A DNA stretch of 64,000 nucleotides, from the NCBI RefSeq assembly GCF_009914755.1, contig NC_060926.1; one strand, given 5' to 3'. The notes under the pieces were generated by a model. It was given only the letters and a program-made list of their open reading frames with translations. It ran no database searches and was not told the DNA's origin. Shown here one piece after another: positions 27,448 through 41,437 of this stretch. The position numbers and the translations under genes were made by a program. Position 1 is the stretch's first letter. Each line of letters starts with the position of its first letter. Origin of the DNA: the human T2T-CHM13v2.0 reference genome, Homo sapiens.

Positions 27448-29359
27448 TATTTCCCTCTCTTACAATTTGCAAAAATAATGATGTACTGAGGACATCCCCC
27501 AGGTCGATAGCTACAGGATTAAATCATTTCTCTTAATAACTATATATAATACTATTCCATTGTATGGATATGCCATAACATATTCAATTATTCCCCTTCG
27601 AATGGGCATTTGGGTTGTTTCTAGTTTGTACCACAACAAACAAGCCTCTATCAGTGCTTATCCACATTGCACAGAGAAGTGCTACCAGAGCCAAAAGCAT
27701 TTTCTGAGTACCTACAATATGCTATTTTTATGAAATATACAAAAGAAATGTGTGACATAGTCCTTTCCTAAAAGACTGCCAAATATAGTTGGGGAAATAA
27801 GCCTAACCCACACAAAACACTTAAACTGTGTAAGACAGTACTGAACCATGTTCTACAGACCTCATGCAAATGGATGCCAAGTTGTCCTTCTGCACAATGA
27901 CAGATTGGAGAGGTAATCTGGAGGTGCCTTTAGCCATAATATTCTAGGAGCCTTCTTGATTCAGAAAAGGGGAAGCATGAAAGGCTAAGAAGCCAGAGTG
28001 GTGTCTCTGGAGGAGGCAGGACTTGAACAAATCCTGAACATGGTTTAGATGGAGGAAGGAAAAAAATGTATTTTGGAATGACAAATGAGGCAGGGCACAG
28101 CACTGACTTTAGACATGTATATGCTCAGGAGAATGTCCTGAGTTACAGCATTTCTAAACACCCTCTTCTCATACTCCTCCCACCACCACCACTCGCCAGA
28201 CTCTGCTTAAAGATATAAAAAATTCCCAAGCTTGGCTGCTGCAGAACATCACACTAACACTAATTTAAAATGCACTACTTCCAGACAGCACGAGCTTGAA
28301 AATACCTCCAAATCTCTTCCTTCCCTGTCCTTCTCATGCCCTATGCTACCCCCTGCCAAAACACATACAACGCTTGCTGTGCCCTTCAAACAACAGTAGT
28401 CATTTAAGCTGCTCCTGCCCATCTGGAAAATAATATGAATAACATGAAAGAAAGCAATAATGAAGTGACTGGAATTTAGCAACCAAAAAGACCTCAGTTC
28501 TTTTGATAATCAAAAACTTTGTTAAAATGTTTACATCGACAGTCACTACAGTGTTGGTCTTTCACTCTATGTTGCAATAGTATGTTTGCAACTTCTCCAA
28601 ATCCATTTAAATGAAAATATTTAATAACAAGTTTTAAATTTTATCAATTGTTAAATATGATTTGAAAGTTTAGTGTATGTCCTGATATATAGTATGCCTT
28701 GAGACTGAATATAAGTAGCTCTATGGGAAAATTCTGAAAATGAATTAGGAATAAGTAGATTAATGTGCTTTTAGTCTCAAAGACTAGAGATTAAAAAGGC
28801 ATGGGTAATTTTTAACTGAGAGGTGGTGCCACAGAGAAGTCTATGATTCTCTCTTTTTCATTACCCATCCCAGTTTAAAATTAGCTTGCAGCATGTTTTT
28901 TAAACATTAGGAAAACAAGATGCACTCCCAGAATGTTCATGTGAAGGGCACGTGTGAAGACATAATCTTGACAGTCATATTACAGAAAATAAGGGAGTGA
29001 GTTACTGAGTTTTTAACAAGGAGAGTAAGTTACTGAGTTTAAATAAAACCTAATTTGCTGTGTGTTTTTATTTAGCAGAATTTTGAATGCCCGTTGCCTC
29101 CGTGGCACTAGGCAACCACAAAGGCAACTGAGGTCTGAGACAAGGCATCAGGGAGATAGGATCCTTTGGCCTCCTCTGGCCCAACTGACATAACTGAGGT
29201 TGGTTCCTTTCCTGGTATCCACACTCATCTCTCCTCACCAACAATCCCCCTGACGTTGGCTCTGAATGATGTGGAGACCCTGTTAGTGTCGTTGCATGTT
29301 AAATCTAGATTTGGGAATCTGCACTGCACACCTTATGTCAAAACTCAGAGCTGTTGTTT

Positions 29360-29622
29360 TTATATTTTGTTTTTGTGTTTTGTGTTTTTATTTCAGATGC
29401 AGGGGATACATGTGCAGGTTTGTTACACAGGTATATTGTGTGATGCTAAGGTTTGGGCTTCTAATGATCCCATCGCCCAAGTAGTGAACATAGTGCCCCA
29501 TAGGTAGTTTTTAATCTCTTGCCCTCCTCCCATCCTGCCCCCTTTTGGGATTCACAGTGTTTACTATTCCCATCTTTGTGTCCTTGTGTACCCAATGCTC
29601 AGCTCCCACTTGTAAGAACATT
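29360..29622 (-). mobile_element. L1PA (old primate, about PA13-17) 3' end
   Basis: gggatacatgtgcaggtttgttacacaggtatattgtgtgatgctaaggtttggg...agctcccacttgtaag. Confidence 0.85.
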
Positions 29623-30270
29623 CATAGCCACTGTTACCTCATCACCATGTAACATTCCAAGGGTTTAAAATGCACAATACAATCATAGTTCTTTTGAGAT
29701 CATGGTTGACTGTCCTGACAAAGGAGAACTTTTAGCTGCCCCTCCTCCACCCAGGGATAGAAGTGGACTTGGTGAAAGGCAGGTGGCCTGTGACAGCAGT
29801 GGCCTGCCCAGGCACGCAGAGGCTTGCTCTCACTTTTAGAGTACTTGGTACATTTGGCACTGTGCAGCAACTTTTTGCTTCTTGAATTGTGACCAATCAA
29901 AAATGATGAAACAAGGCCATTGAAGGGAGTGGAAAGAAATTAACTGATGCGCCAGGAGTCCTGGTCTACCCTTGATCAGTAGGTGTTACATAACGGAGGG
30001 CAAGTCACAGAGCAGGCAGAAACCTCTGTTTTCTTACCAGAAAAGATAGGTCCAAAATGATCGACTCCTCCAAGAACAATAAGGGAAAAGATGAGATTTC
30101 AGATGGAAAAAAAAAAAACCCAATAAGGGGTGGTCTAGGTGACTATAATCTCACTCTGCCAGAAGAGCTAGACGACCAAGCTTGATGCACACAGCAGGGG
30201 AAGTAGCAGGACCAAGCTGCTCAGAACTGGTCAGAGTAGTGGACAATTTCGTGCAGATCTTACAGGCCTC

Positions 30271-30579
30271 TTTTTTGTTTTTTGTTTGTTTTAAGATAGG
30301 GTCTTGCTCTGTCCCCCAGGCTGGAGTGCAGTGGCATAACCACAGTTCACTGCAAGCTCGACCTCCCTGGGGTCAGGTGAGCCTCCCCCATCAGCCTCCC
30401 AAATAGCTGGGACTACAGGTGTGCACCACCACACCCAGCTAATTTTTCTAAAAAATTTTTGTAGAGAGGGGGTCTCGCCATGTTGGACAGGCTGGTCTTG
30501 AACTCCTGGGCTCAAGTGATCCACCCGCCTTAGCCTCCTAAAGTGCTGGGATTACAGGTGTGAGCCACCACGCCTGGCC
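30271..30579 (-). mobile_element. AluJ
   Basis: Full dimer with J-type ctcctgggctcaagtgatcc. Confidence 0.94.
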
Positions 30580-30984
30580 TTTTTTTTTTTTAAGACCTAA
30601 ATGGATGCAGAAGAAATTTGGCTGATGTTTTTTGGCTGGATTGCATATCAAAATCCCCTGGGAAACTAGGTCCCACCCCAATAAGCCTGAGGTAGTGTTA
30701 GGGATGCAAATCCTAGCACAAGCGCTTGCAAAGGCTCTCCAGGTGACTCATACAGCTTCAACATACATGCAGCACTGAATCTGATTCTTCATCTCAATAC
30801 CTTCGAAATCCTACTCCTTTGACCCCACAGTCCCTCTTCAGGGAGGCTGTCCTATAGAAATAATGAGATATACAGACAATTTTTGTATAAAGATGTTCAT
30901 AACAACACTATTTATGACAGGAAAAATTAAAAGGGAACCAATGTCAAAGCTAGGGAAATTATTGAGCAAGTTATAATATATAAA

Positions 30985-31817
30985 CCAAAAAAGATATACA
31001 AATGGCCAAAAAGCACATGAAAAGATGCTTAACATCAGTCTTTAGAGAATATAAATCTCTAAGAACTACTTCACCATTTCTGGTGTGTGTGAGATACCAT
31101 TTCACACACACTAGATGGCTAAAACAAAACAAACAAACGGAACCCAGAAAACAGTGTTGGGAAGAATGTGAAGAAATTGGAACATTGCTGATTGGAATGT
31201 ATAATAGTGCAGCTGCTGTGGAATTTTATTTAGCTATTTAGCTTGGTAGTTCCTCAATAAGTTAAACATGGAATTACCATATAATTCAGAAATTCCACTG
31301 CTATGTGTATATCCCAAAGAACTGAAAATAGGTGTTGAAGCAAAAACGTGTACCTAAATGTCCACAGCAGTACTATTCACAACAGTCAAAAGGTAGAAAC
31401 AACCCAAGTGTCCACCAACCGGCATCAACTGATGAATGGATAAACCAAATGTGGTACAGCCGTAGAGTAAAATATTACTCAGCCATGAAAAGGAACAGCG
31501 TATAATGATAGATGCTACAACATGGATGAACCTTGGAAACATTATGCTAAGTGCAAGAAGCCAGACACAAAAGGCCACAGGCTGTATGATTCCATTTATA
31601 TGAAATAGCCACACATAGAAACAGAAAGCTGATTAGCAGTTACCAGGGATCGGGAGGGAACGGGAAGTGACTGCTTCATGGATACAGAGTTTCATTTGGG
31701 GTGGTGAAAATGTTCTGGAATTAGTAATAATGGCTGCACAACACTGTGAATGTACCTTTTAAAATGGTTAAAATGGTAAATATCATGTTAGGTGTATTTT
31801 GCCACAATAAAAAAAAT
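30985..31817 (+). mobile_element. L1MB 3' portion nested in older L1ME fragments (about 30875-32110)
   Basis: aaatggccaaaaagcacatgaaaagatgctt...catggatgaaccttggaaacattatgctaagtg...gccacaataaaaaaaa. Confidence 0.85.
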
Positions 31818-32199
31818 TATGATACATAAAACAGAATATTTTACTTATTAAAATTGACCTTTTGAGGGAGTTTAATGAGATGAGGAAAATGTGGAAAAAA
31901 AGCAGTCTATGAAACTATATACAGTTTGATCTCAGCTTCATAGCATATAAATATGCACAGAAAAACAAGGACTAGAAGAAAATTTATAAAAATGCTAAAC
32001 AGGGTTATTGGCAGATACACTTTCTTTTTTTGTAATTTCCAAATTTTCTATAATATTATGTTTATTATTATTGTTAACTATCATTTTTGTAAACATAAAA
32101 AGAAAAATTTTCTTTAAAGATGGGACCACTGACACTTTGCATCACAGCTAGGAAAAGAAAATGAGAATAACGAAGGGTCTGGAAACATGTGACATAATG

Positions 32200-32455
32200 A
32201 TTCAGGTAGGGGGCTAGACAAGAGCATAGAGTGGTGAAGGCTGCAACAATCTGGAGAATTTATGTCCTGTCCAAAGATAAAATTGTGGCTCCAGATCTTT
32301 TGAGTTTTCAAGAGATGCCAGAGCTCCGGACGTTTCAGTGAAATGCCCTGATTTTTAAATGTTGGCAACTTATTCAATATTTTTCAAACACCACAGGCCA
32401 AACAAAACACATCTGTGGACCGGATGTAGCCCGCAGGCTCCAGTTAGCAAATTCT
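32200..32455 (-). mobile_element. MER102-like hAT fossil
   Basis: ctgatttttaaatgttggcaact...ggccaaacaaaacacatctgtggaccggatgtagcccgcagg. Confidence 0.7.
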
Positions 32456-32464
32456 AGTTTATAA

Positions 32465-32778
32465 GAACAGGAATGTTTAGGCTGGAAAAGAAAAACCTTT
32501 GAAGGGATATAGTACTAGTAACATCAAGTATCTGAAAAATGACTATGTGGAAGATGGTGTAGGTTAATTCATGTGTCTCTAGAAGGCAGAACCCGATCTA
32601 AAGGCTGGGTGTTATCAGAGAAGCAGAATGGGGCACAGTCTATAAGGGAGAGGTCTCTATTAGAGCAGCTGTCCAGCAAGAAACAGCTTCAAAATGCAGC
32701 GAGCTGCCCATCCCTGATGTGCTCCAGCAAAGGCTACATAACCAGGATTCCTGCTTTGGGTCAGAAGTTGGACTAGGT
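32465..32778 (+). mobile_element. L3/CR1 3' fragment
   Basis: ggaatgtttaggctggaaaagaaaa...aagtatctgaaa...gagctgcccatccctg...gaagttggactag. Confidence 0.65.
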
Positions 32779-32781
32779 CAA

Positions 32782-32969
32782 AAGCTCCCAATTGTGGCTG
32801 CACATTAGAAACTTGAAACAAAGCATACAGATTCCTGGACCCTGTCCCAGAACCACAGAGTAAGGTCCAGGAGTGTGTATTTTTAAAAAGCATCCCCTTT
32901 GGGTATATACCCAGTAATAGTATTGCTGGGTCAAATGTTATTTCTGGTTCTAGATGATTTAGAACCACT
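32782..32969. mobile_element. MER5A-like MITE containing an L1PA fragment of about 60 bp
   Basis: ggctgcacattagaa...gtatttttaaaaagcatcccc[L1]...agaaccact. Confidence 0.65.
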
Positions 32970-33069
32970 TAATCTTTGACTGTAACACTGGAATTCTAGT
33001 ATTCTGATCCATGGTTTTACCCACCTGGCCAGTAAGGAAGGGAAGGAGGGATTGAGGAAAGGAAGAACA

Positions 33070-34070
33070 ATGTACCAGAGCTCATTATGGAGCAGGCCCT
33101 GTGCTGCTTTCCTTATGTCATCTCACTGTATTTTTCAGAACAACCTGGTGAGTTGCGAAGTGATGTCCTCCACCCCATTTCCCTGAGAAAGAAACTGGGG
33201 CTTGGGGAGTTTGGGGATGGCCCAAGGTGACTGCCAGTCACTGGGAAGATCTTTCCAGCTCCAGATCCCATGCTAGTTCAACTATGCCATATTGCCCTCT
33301 TCTTGCCCACTCAACAATCATTTCTCCAAGTGCCGATGGTGGGCCAGGCAATGCATTAGGTGGCAAGGATTCTGCAATGATCAAGATACAGTCCCAGGCT
33401 CAAGAAGCTTCGAATCTAGAGAGGAGGAAGAAAAGTAAACAGTGACATCACGGTGGAAGCAACAGGGTCATATGGGAGGGACACCCAACCCAGCCTTGTG
33501 TCATCAGGGAAGGCTTCAGAGAGGAGGTGACAGCTAAGCTGGGGAAAAGAGATTCCTAGGTGAAGGTGTAACATCTACAGAGACCCAAAGATCAGAGGGA
33601 GCCTAAGCCTACCAGGTGTGGGGAAATGTGACTAGTTCAGAGGCTGGAGTGTGGGATGCAAGGAGTGAAATTGTAAGGTGGGGCTGGCCACGCTGAGACT
33701 TTGTCACTAACCTCAGAGAAACAGGAAGCAAGTAAGACTGAACAGAAGGGGGTGACATATGCAGATGCACATTTTAGTAGCTCAGACTGGCTGCGGAGAG
33801 GAGAATGGATTGGCGGAGAGAACACAAGGGAGGCTGTGGCAGTCATTCAGCTAAGAGGGGATGACAAGCCACACAAAAGTGGTGGCACGACAGAAGATGT
33901 GCAGCATAGAGATGATGTTTTTTCACTCATTCTTTCAGTAAATAATATTACAGAGCCCTTCTTATGTGCTGGCCATTCTGCCTAGGCTGGACATACAAGC
34001 ATGGGTGAAAACAAACATAGTCTCTGCTGCCGTGAAGTTCACACTGTTAGCGCTCTGCTAGGGAAAAGAT
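33070..34070 (-). mobile_element. MIR (about 33070-33300) followed by L2 fragments
   Basis: MIR core ccattt...gaaactggggct and L2 cagggaaggcttcagagaggaggtgacagctaagctg. Confidence 0.65.
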
Positions 34071-34103
34071 GTTTAGGGAAGTAATTTCAAAAGTATTAAA
34101 TAA

Positions 34104-34505
<402 letters not shown>

Positions 34506-36212
34506 TCATCAATTGTCAAAGAGTCATTAAGCATAGGAGTCACATAAGATAAATCTAAAGAGTTATTGCAAGGCCAGTACTCTTTAGAATTACGTCCCTC
34601 ATGTTCATACATAACAGTGTCAATCAGACTGTCTGCTCTCAGTGTATTTCATTCAAGGAAAGTAAGAAAAATTTACCTACATTTTAATTCATCATTCTTT
34701 GAAGAGAAGTGATGGCTTTAAAAATCGTGATAAGATTTTAAGCTAATAAATTAGGAACATTCTCAAAAACTTACTAAATGTGGCCGTGCACTAAATTAAA
34801 TTAAAACTCTTCTTGTGGCATTTGAGATTGTTGCTAGGTGCTGAAGAAGCAAGTTTGGATCTACCCCAAAATTGGCCACAGAGCAAGCAACTGGAAAATC
34901 ATGGCATGGAGGGAAGGGGGCAGGTGTCTGAAAACTGTGCTATCAATTTATTCAATAACTCCATTCAGGTTGCAGTCCTAGTTCACCAATGAGGCCAGGA
35001 CGTTCTTACCAGAGTCCTCATTGTTTAAATCACAGCCACAACATTCTTTTAATTCTTTTAGTCTATCCCAGTGTAATAATCACCCATGATTAAACAGCTG
35101 TGCCTGCGGATGGCACATTAAGCTGCTTCTCTTTTAGAGGTGATTTTTATTTTTTGCCACCTCTCAGATGACCCCTCTGATTTTTATCATTCTGGCATCT
35201 CAAAGGCCAGCAGAGAAAAACATATATTAGAAAATGAAAATGTTCCCTTCCCTTTCTGTTTTTCTCTTGAAACACTACTCTTAACACCAGCTCACCACTG
35301 ATCTCAAATCACTGAGAAAGATCCTCTTCTCGTTTCTTCCTTTGCCATGGTGCTCTTTCATGAGATTATGATAGACCTTTCCCCAGTCCACCAGGAAAAG
35401 GGAGCACACACCCCAGATTGGTAGCACTGAGTCAAAATCTGCTTGCCCAGAAATGTTATAGAAAAAAGGAAATCATGCCCCATATGGGTTGAATAATCCC
35501 AACCTTAACATTTGGCAACTCAAAGAAAAACAGAAATGAGGAAGACACATACGAGTTCTTACAAGCCAGCCTCTAACACAACCAGCTTTTTAAAAATGTA
35601 CTGGATTCCTAAAAGTAAAATTCTAAAGTCTTCCTCCCCCTTCTATAAATCGTACAGCCAGGAAAGAAGAGGCGACACCAAATGGTGACAGGGAGTTTTG
35701 TTGCTATTATTGGGCTGTTGGTTTTATCGTAGTATTACATAGTATTGATGAACTTTTAAAAAATCACTTTCCTCAAACTTTCTAAATATGTTACTGTCAA
35801 TGCTCAAAGAGAGGTCTGAGATTTGTTACGTATTTTAGACATCTTCTAAGTAACTCCACAGAAGACTCTCAAAACAAAAGCGTGACCTCAACCTGCCTAT
35901 AGGTGCCCTAGTGGAGAATGCTTGATACCAGGTGACAACCCCCACGCGCCCCAATAGTGCAAGAACAAAGTGGAGGCCAGAGAAGGGGCTGGTAGTTTCT
36001 TCTTAGTTCTCAGAAGGCTTATCTGATGATCCACTCACCTCTCCTTCCACCTTAAGGGAAGAATGGAAGATAATAAGCAAAACTTCTAGAAAGAGCAATT
36101 AGCCCTTCAACTTCTAATATCCAGGTGGTTCAGTTCCCAGTGAGAGAGGTAAGTGGGCAATGGTAAGCTGTGCCACACACCAGGTATCTTATTTTTCAAG
36201 AATAGCTTTCTT

Positions 36213-36545
<333 letters not shown>

Positions 36546-37969
36546 TTAATGCTTTCACATGGGTTCTAATGGTAACCTTGGAGAAGAATAACCTGAAATC
36601 CCATGTAAGTGCCCCATTTTCTCCAGGCTATTTGTCTGCCTCTCTCAGAACATAGTGTGATTCATCCATTAGGCTATCTGGAAAATAGGCATTTAGAATA
36701 AAGGCAAAGGGGATATAACAGGCAAGACTATTAGAGGTAGCTCTAAGCTTTGCTTTGTGCTGCTCAAGTGATTCATGAATGCAATTCATTTCCTTGCCTA
36801 CAGTTCACATTCTCATGGCTGTTCAGAGATGAAAAGACAAGATGTTCTGAGTAGTTTCTTCGAATAGACCAAATCCTGATGCTGTTTATGAGCCTTGAGA
36901 TAAAAAAACTCTGACTTCATAGCAACTCTTAATTATGTGAATGTACACCAAGAATAGGATAAATATAAAATCTATAGATAATCATGAAAAACAAGTTTTA
37001 GTTGGCATCCTGCTTCAGCCCTGCTAAATCATTTACCAGAGTAAACCTGGCTTGAAAACACTTTCAATTCCCCAACTGCTCTCAAGTGGGAGTGCAAATG
37101 AACAGAGAAATGGTGGGATGGGAGTCGGAGAAAGGCCTGACAAATATGTAGTCAGAGCTGCCACATCCATTCCTGTGCCTTTAGCAGACATCACTAATCA
37201 AGCATGATACTCTTTTCCATCTTGAATAAGCACAACCTTAGACTCTTCCTCAGCACTCAAGCAGTCCAGGCAATCATTACCAGTCAATAACAGCTGGCCC
37301 ATTTGCCGTTCCAGTTTAGGAGAAATCTGGATGATCCACCAGTTATGTCATCAGTTAACTTTTAATTTCATCAAGAATTAAACATTGGTTGATTGGTCTT
37401 TCATTTAACTACTTCATTTTCCTCTAAGAACTAGGATAGTTTATGGAAATTGTCATGAAAAGCTAAAGCACATTGCTTCTAAGTTCTCTAAGATGGACAG
37501 ATAAGCATGCTGTATCAGCACACAGCACAAGATTGTCTTGTGAGTCAGGGGAGCAAAGAATCAGATGAGGGTTTAGCCTAACAGGGAGTGAAGATATGAC
37601 TGCGGCTAGAAGTTGAGGGCTGCTGGGGACTGGGTACTTGGAGACCTCACTTGGGGGAATATGGGCAAAGCCAGGAACCGCACAGAGACCACAGGAATCC
37701 ACTCCTACTACCTAAGAGACGTCTTACAGAAATTCCTTTGAGTTAAAGTTTCCCCTGTTGAAATCACCTCTGAGTGAGTGAGGAGACTATCTTTCAGTCA
37801 CACCTTAGTGGAGAATGTTTACTTAGGTTGTTTTTTCTTGACTCCTAAAAAAAGAACAGCAGCAAGAGGAAGTTGGGTGTTTCGAATGGAGACAAAGAAA
37901 GAAAACAAATGTGATTTGAGGCCTCCTAAGAAGGACTGTCTTGAATCCAATGCTGGGCTTGAGATGTGT

Positions 37970-38205
37970 TGAGAAGCACTTATTGAGCTACTACTGTATG
38001 GCAAGCACTTTTCATACATTATATTGCTTCCTCTTCACCCCTAACAGTGAGTTACGATTAACATCTTCCGTTTACAGATGAGAAAACCAAGGCTCAGTAA
38101 TGTAAGTAACCTGACTGATGTTATAAAGCTAGTGAGGGGCTGAGGTCCCATCCAGACCAAGATTTCTCTGACGCCAAAGCTTGTTCTGTTCCCATTACAC
38201 TGAGC
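37970..38205 (-). mobile_element. MIR
   Basis: cacttattgagc...ccgtttacagatgagaaaaccaaggctcag...agtaacctg. Confidence 0.8.
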
Positions 38206-39723
38206 TGGTTCCTCTGGGAAAGCATCAAAGACACACTTGGTACACTCAGAAATAAATGTTCCTTAAGGCCAATGCCTATCTGACTCTAACACCTTCTTCC
38301 AGAGATTAGGAAGGAAGCAAATTGTCCTCATGCAAGGCAGGCCTTAAGAGAGAAGGATCACCCCCACCTGTTGGAACATCTTGTCTTGGAGAGATTAGGG
38401 GGCCACGGGTTGTGGACTGGAATGGCATGTGTCATCCTCCTTCGGCTCAGATATCATTCCTCCCTTATGGAGAGAGGCAGCTTCAAAGGGGGTCAGAAAC
38501 AGAAACTGAGCACAGTGAATGAGAGGCTGGAGAGGCAAATGTCCTCCTGCCACCTTTGATGGGGCAGAGGCATCCATGTGGGGCAGGATGTGCTCTGTTT
38601 GGTGGTATTGGAGAGGGGGTGTCTAGAAGCTAGTCCTGTCCTGCTCCATCAGTGGGGTTTACCTGGGGATCACACACTCCCTCATAGTATGTAGACGCCA
38701 CTGTGCACCTGCATGCCGAGAAAAGGCAGCGGGCCAGGAGGACCCCCTGCCTCTTCTCTAAGCATATCCCACCCACCCCTATGCCATGACCTAGGCTGCA
38801 GCTGCTCTCTAAGGACTCCTTGGTCCTGCACCCTCAATATTCTGGGAGATCACAGGAGTTGCCCTTTGGGCAGATCCAAGGACACCCAGGAGCAGCATCA
38901 CCAGCACACGTGGGCAGGGAAGGCATAGTTCCTGCCACAGAAGCAGTGACACAGGGAGCAGGATACCTCCAGGGTGAGAGACAACCCAGGGATGTTGTGG
39001 GGAAATGGGGAGCAGGAAGAGATGGCAAGTAACACACACTCAGTGTTTTCTGCATATCCCAGTGAATCCTCCAACTATCCCCATTCTGCAGAAAATTTCA
39101 ATAACTTAGCCAAGGAGCCAGGATCAACCAGGTACTTCCACCAAAGTACCTGTAACAGAAGACAAGAGTGAACGTCTTTCCCTGCATGTCTGCCTGAAAA
39201 ATACGTTTTTAACTTAACATTCACATGAATTTTACAGTCTAGTGCTGCCTTAAGATATCCATGTTCATTTCAATGGAAAAATAATGTCTTTAGTTAACTA
39301 ACTTAAAAAAATTAACCATCTGTGAAATCACGCTAATCCCATGAGTACATTTCTCAGGGGTACCACCTCGAGGGGCACAAGAATCTTGGGCCAAGTCAGG
39401 GCCACACCATCCTGCTGCCCCAGGCACCATGAGATGCTCCTTCTTTTCCCAACTTGGAGGTTCCAGGTGTTCATTAGGAGATGCAGCAGGTTATAAACCA
39501 TAACTCAGAGAAGAGGAATAGTGGGGGGCAGCAAGCAGGAGACGACGCAGCACAAAGAAGCCCCAAGAAAGGTGATCGACAGATCCAGACCAACAGAGCC
39601 AAAGGAACACAAGCACCTCGGGACTCCAATCACTTTGCCCTCCTCAGGTTTGTGACCAACACTCCGGTGATGAAGGGCTAGTAATCAACAGTAAGCTCAT
39701 GCACGGGAATTCCCTTCACTGAG

Positions 39724-39739
39724 CCTCTCTCTCTCTCAG

Positions 39740-39777
<38 letters not shown>
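39724..39777. repeat. Compound (CT)n(CA)n microsatellite
   Basis: Directly visible. Confidence 0.95.
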
Positions 39778-41187
39778 CCCACAGCACCACTTTGGGGGAA
39801 GGAGAGGAGATATTGCAGAGCTAGAGTTTTGGAACTGGAACAAGGAGGGACTTTCTGGTGGATCAAAGTATGCTAGAGATCAGGCAGTACTAGAGCCAAG
39901 AGTTTGCAACCAGGCAGATAGGGATCCAGTGGGAGCACACTGGCACCAAACACGAAAGTCATCTGGCCTCTGAAACTGGCTTTTATGAGCCAGTAAGTGT
40001 GTGAGCTTAGATCATGGATAATTTTCAAAGAAACCACTTGTATCACACAGTCCCTATTCGAGAACCCAAAATGCTTCTGCACTAAATATTTGAACCCCTA
40101 TGTATTTAATGGTTATCTAGTCAGTCCATTGTTGCCTAGACAAAGGCAAATTCTCAGGAATCTACCAAGACCATAAGTTTTAGAAGGGCAGGGATTCGGT
40201 CACTGTGGTCACCACTATATCCCTAACTGCTAGCACATAGTAGGCCCTCAATAAATCTCTGCTCATGATTCATTCACATTCATTCAAAATAACACATTTG
40301 TTCACCCTGCCTCTTCCACTCTCCTTTTATAGGGAGTATTAACCAAAAAGGTTATTGCAGGCTCTCACAGAAGAACTTCTACATGAGTAAAAATTCTGCA
40401 TCACAGCAACTGCAGTGGTGTCATGTCAGACATGTTTTTGCTCAAAAGAATTCAGTTAACACCCACAAGGAAGGGAGGTGGACACGTACACACACAAACA
40501 CACACTTCAATCAGGAACTCGGTGATCACATGCCCACGGTGAGAGAGAAAAAAGGAAACACGACCCCACAGCTTCCTCTGCATCTCATTCCAGAAAGCTT
40601 TTCACAGTGTGAACATCTCACAGAGCTGACTGGGATTCTAGTGTTTAAAGAAACATATTTTTCATACAAGTTGGCCCCTAAATGCAAGCCAACTTCTTAT
40701 CTGGTGCTCAAAGAAACAGCAATGCGGCTCCAACTCTGCAGGCCAAAGTGGCTGTGTTGGCCTCCACAAGGGATAGTATACAGGCCTCCATGGTGGCACC
40801 TTCCAAAGAGATTTTCAAGAGTAATTTTGACTCTACAAGACTTCTACCTCACACGTATAGGGGCTTAGCCACCCAGCGAGCTATGACCCCTCTAACACAG
40901 TCTGGTATATCACCCAAACAAGGTTAGACTGAAGGAAGGAGAAGTTCTCAAAGGAGAGCATTATACATCTTGTTACACAAGCGGTCTATAAAGTAAGTCT
41001 GTTTAATGTAGACAATGTTATTTTTGGCATATCATCTTCCAACCAGTTTTCTGGTTTTCAAAATAATATCTACGAGGTGATTACTCCAGAGAGCCCACTT
41101 GGAATTTTTCTGATTTTTTTTCTAATTTATTTCAGCACATGTTATTTCAAGATCTCTATGAAACATATTAAACACATTTAACCTTAC

Positions 41188-41437
41188 CTAAAATAAAACC
41201 AACTCATTAGATGATATAAAAAACATCTCATTAGCAAAGCACTGATAAATATTTTCTCTCTTCCAGCTAAGCATTGCTCATTATACACTTGAGCACTGTG
41301 CAGTCTTATCATGCCACAATTATCAGCCTCATACGCTGAGCCTAAGCATAAAACTATTATTGAGCAAATAATGGAATTGGACCTGTACACTGCTAAGCTC
41401 CTGTAGACTGGCTCATACAATCTGGCCGATTTATATA
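41188..41437 (-). promoter_or_regulatory. Candidate TATA+Inr core promoter and non-coding first exon
   Basis: Minus strand: TATATAAA (41437-41430), Inr-consensus CCAGTCT with A at 41409, and donor TTTAG|GTAAGG at 41188/41187. The sequence is non-repetitive. Confidence 0.4.

Noticed and set aside
40383-40868. 161-aa plus-strand ORF
   Set aside because: No recognisable homology or splice context. It is antisense to the host gene and its length is compatible with chance.
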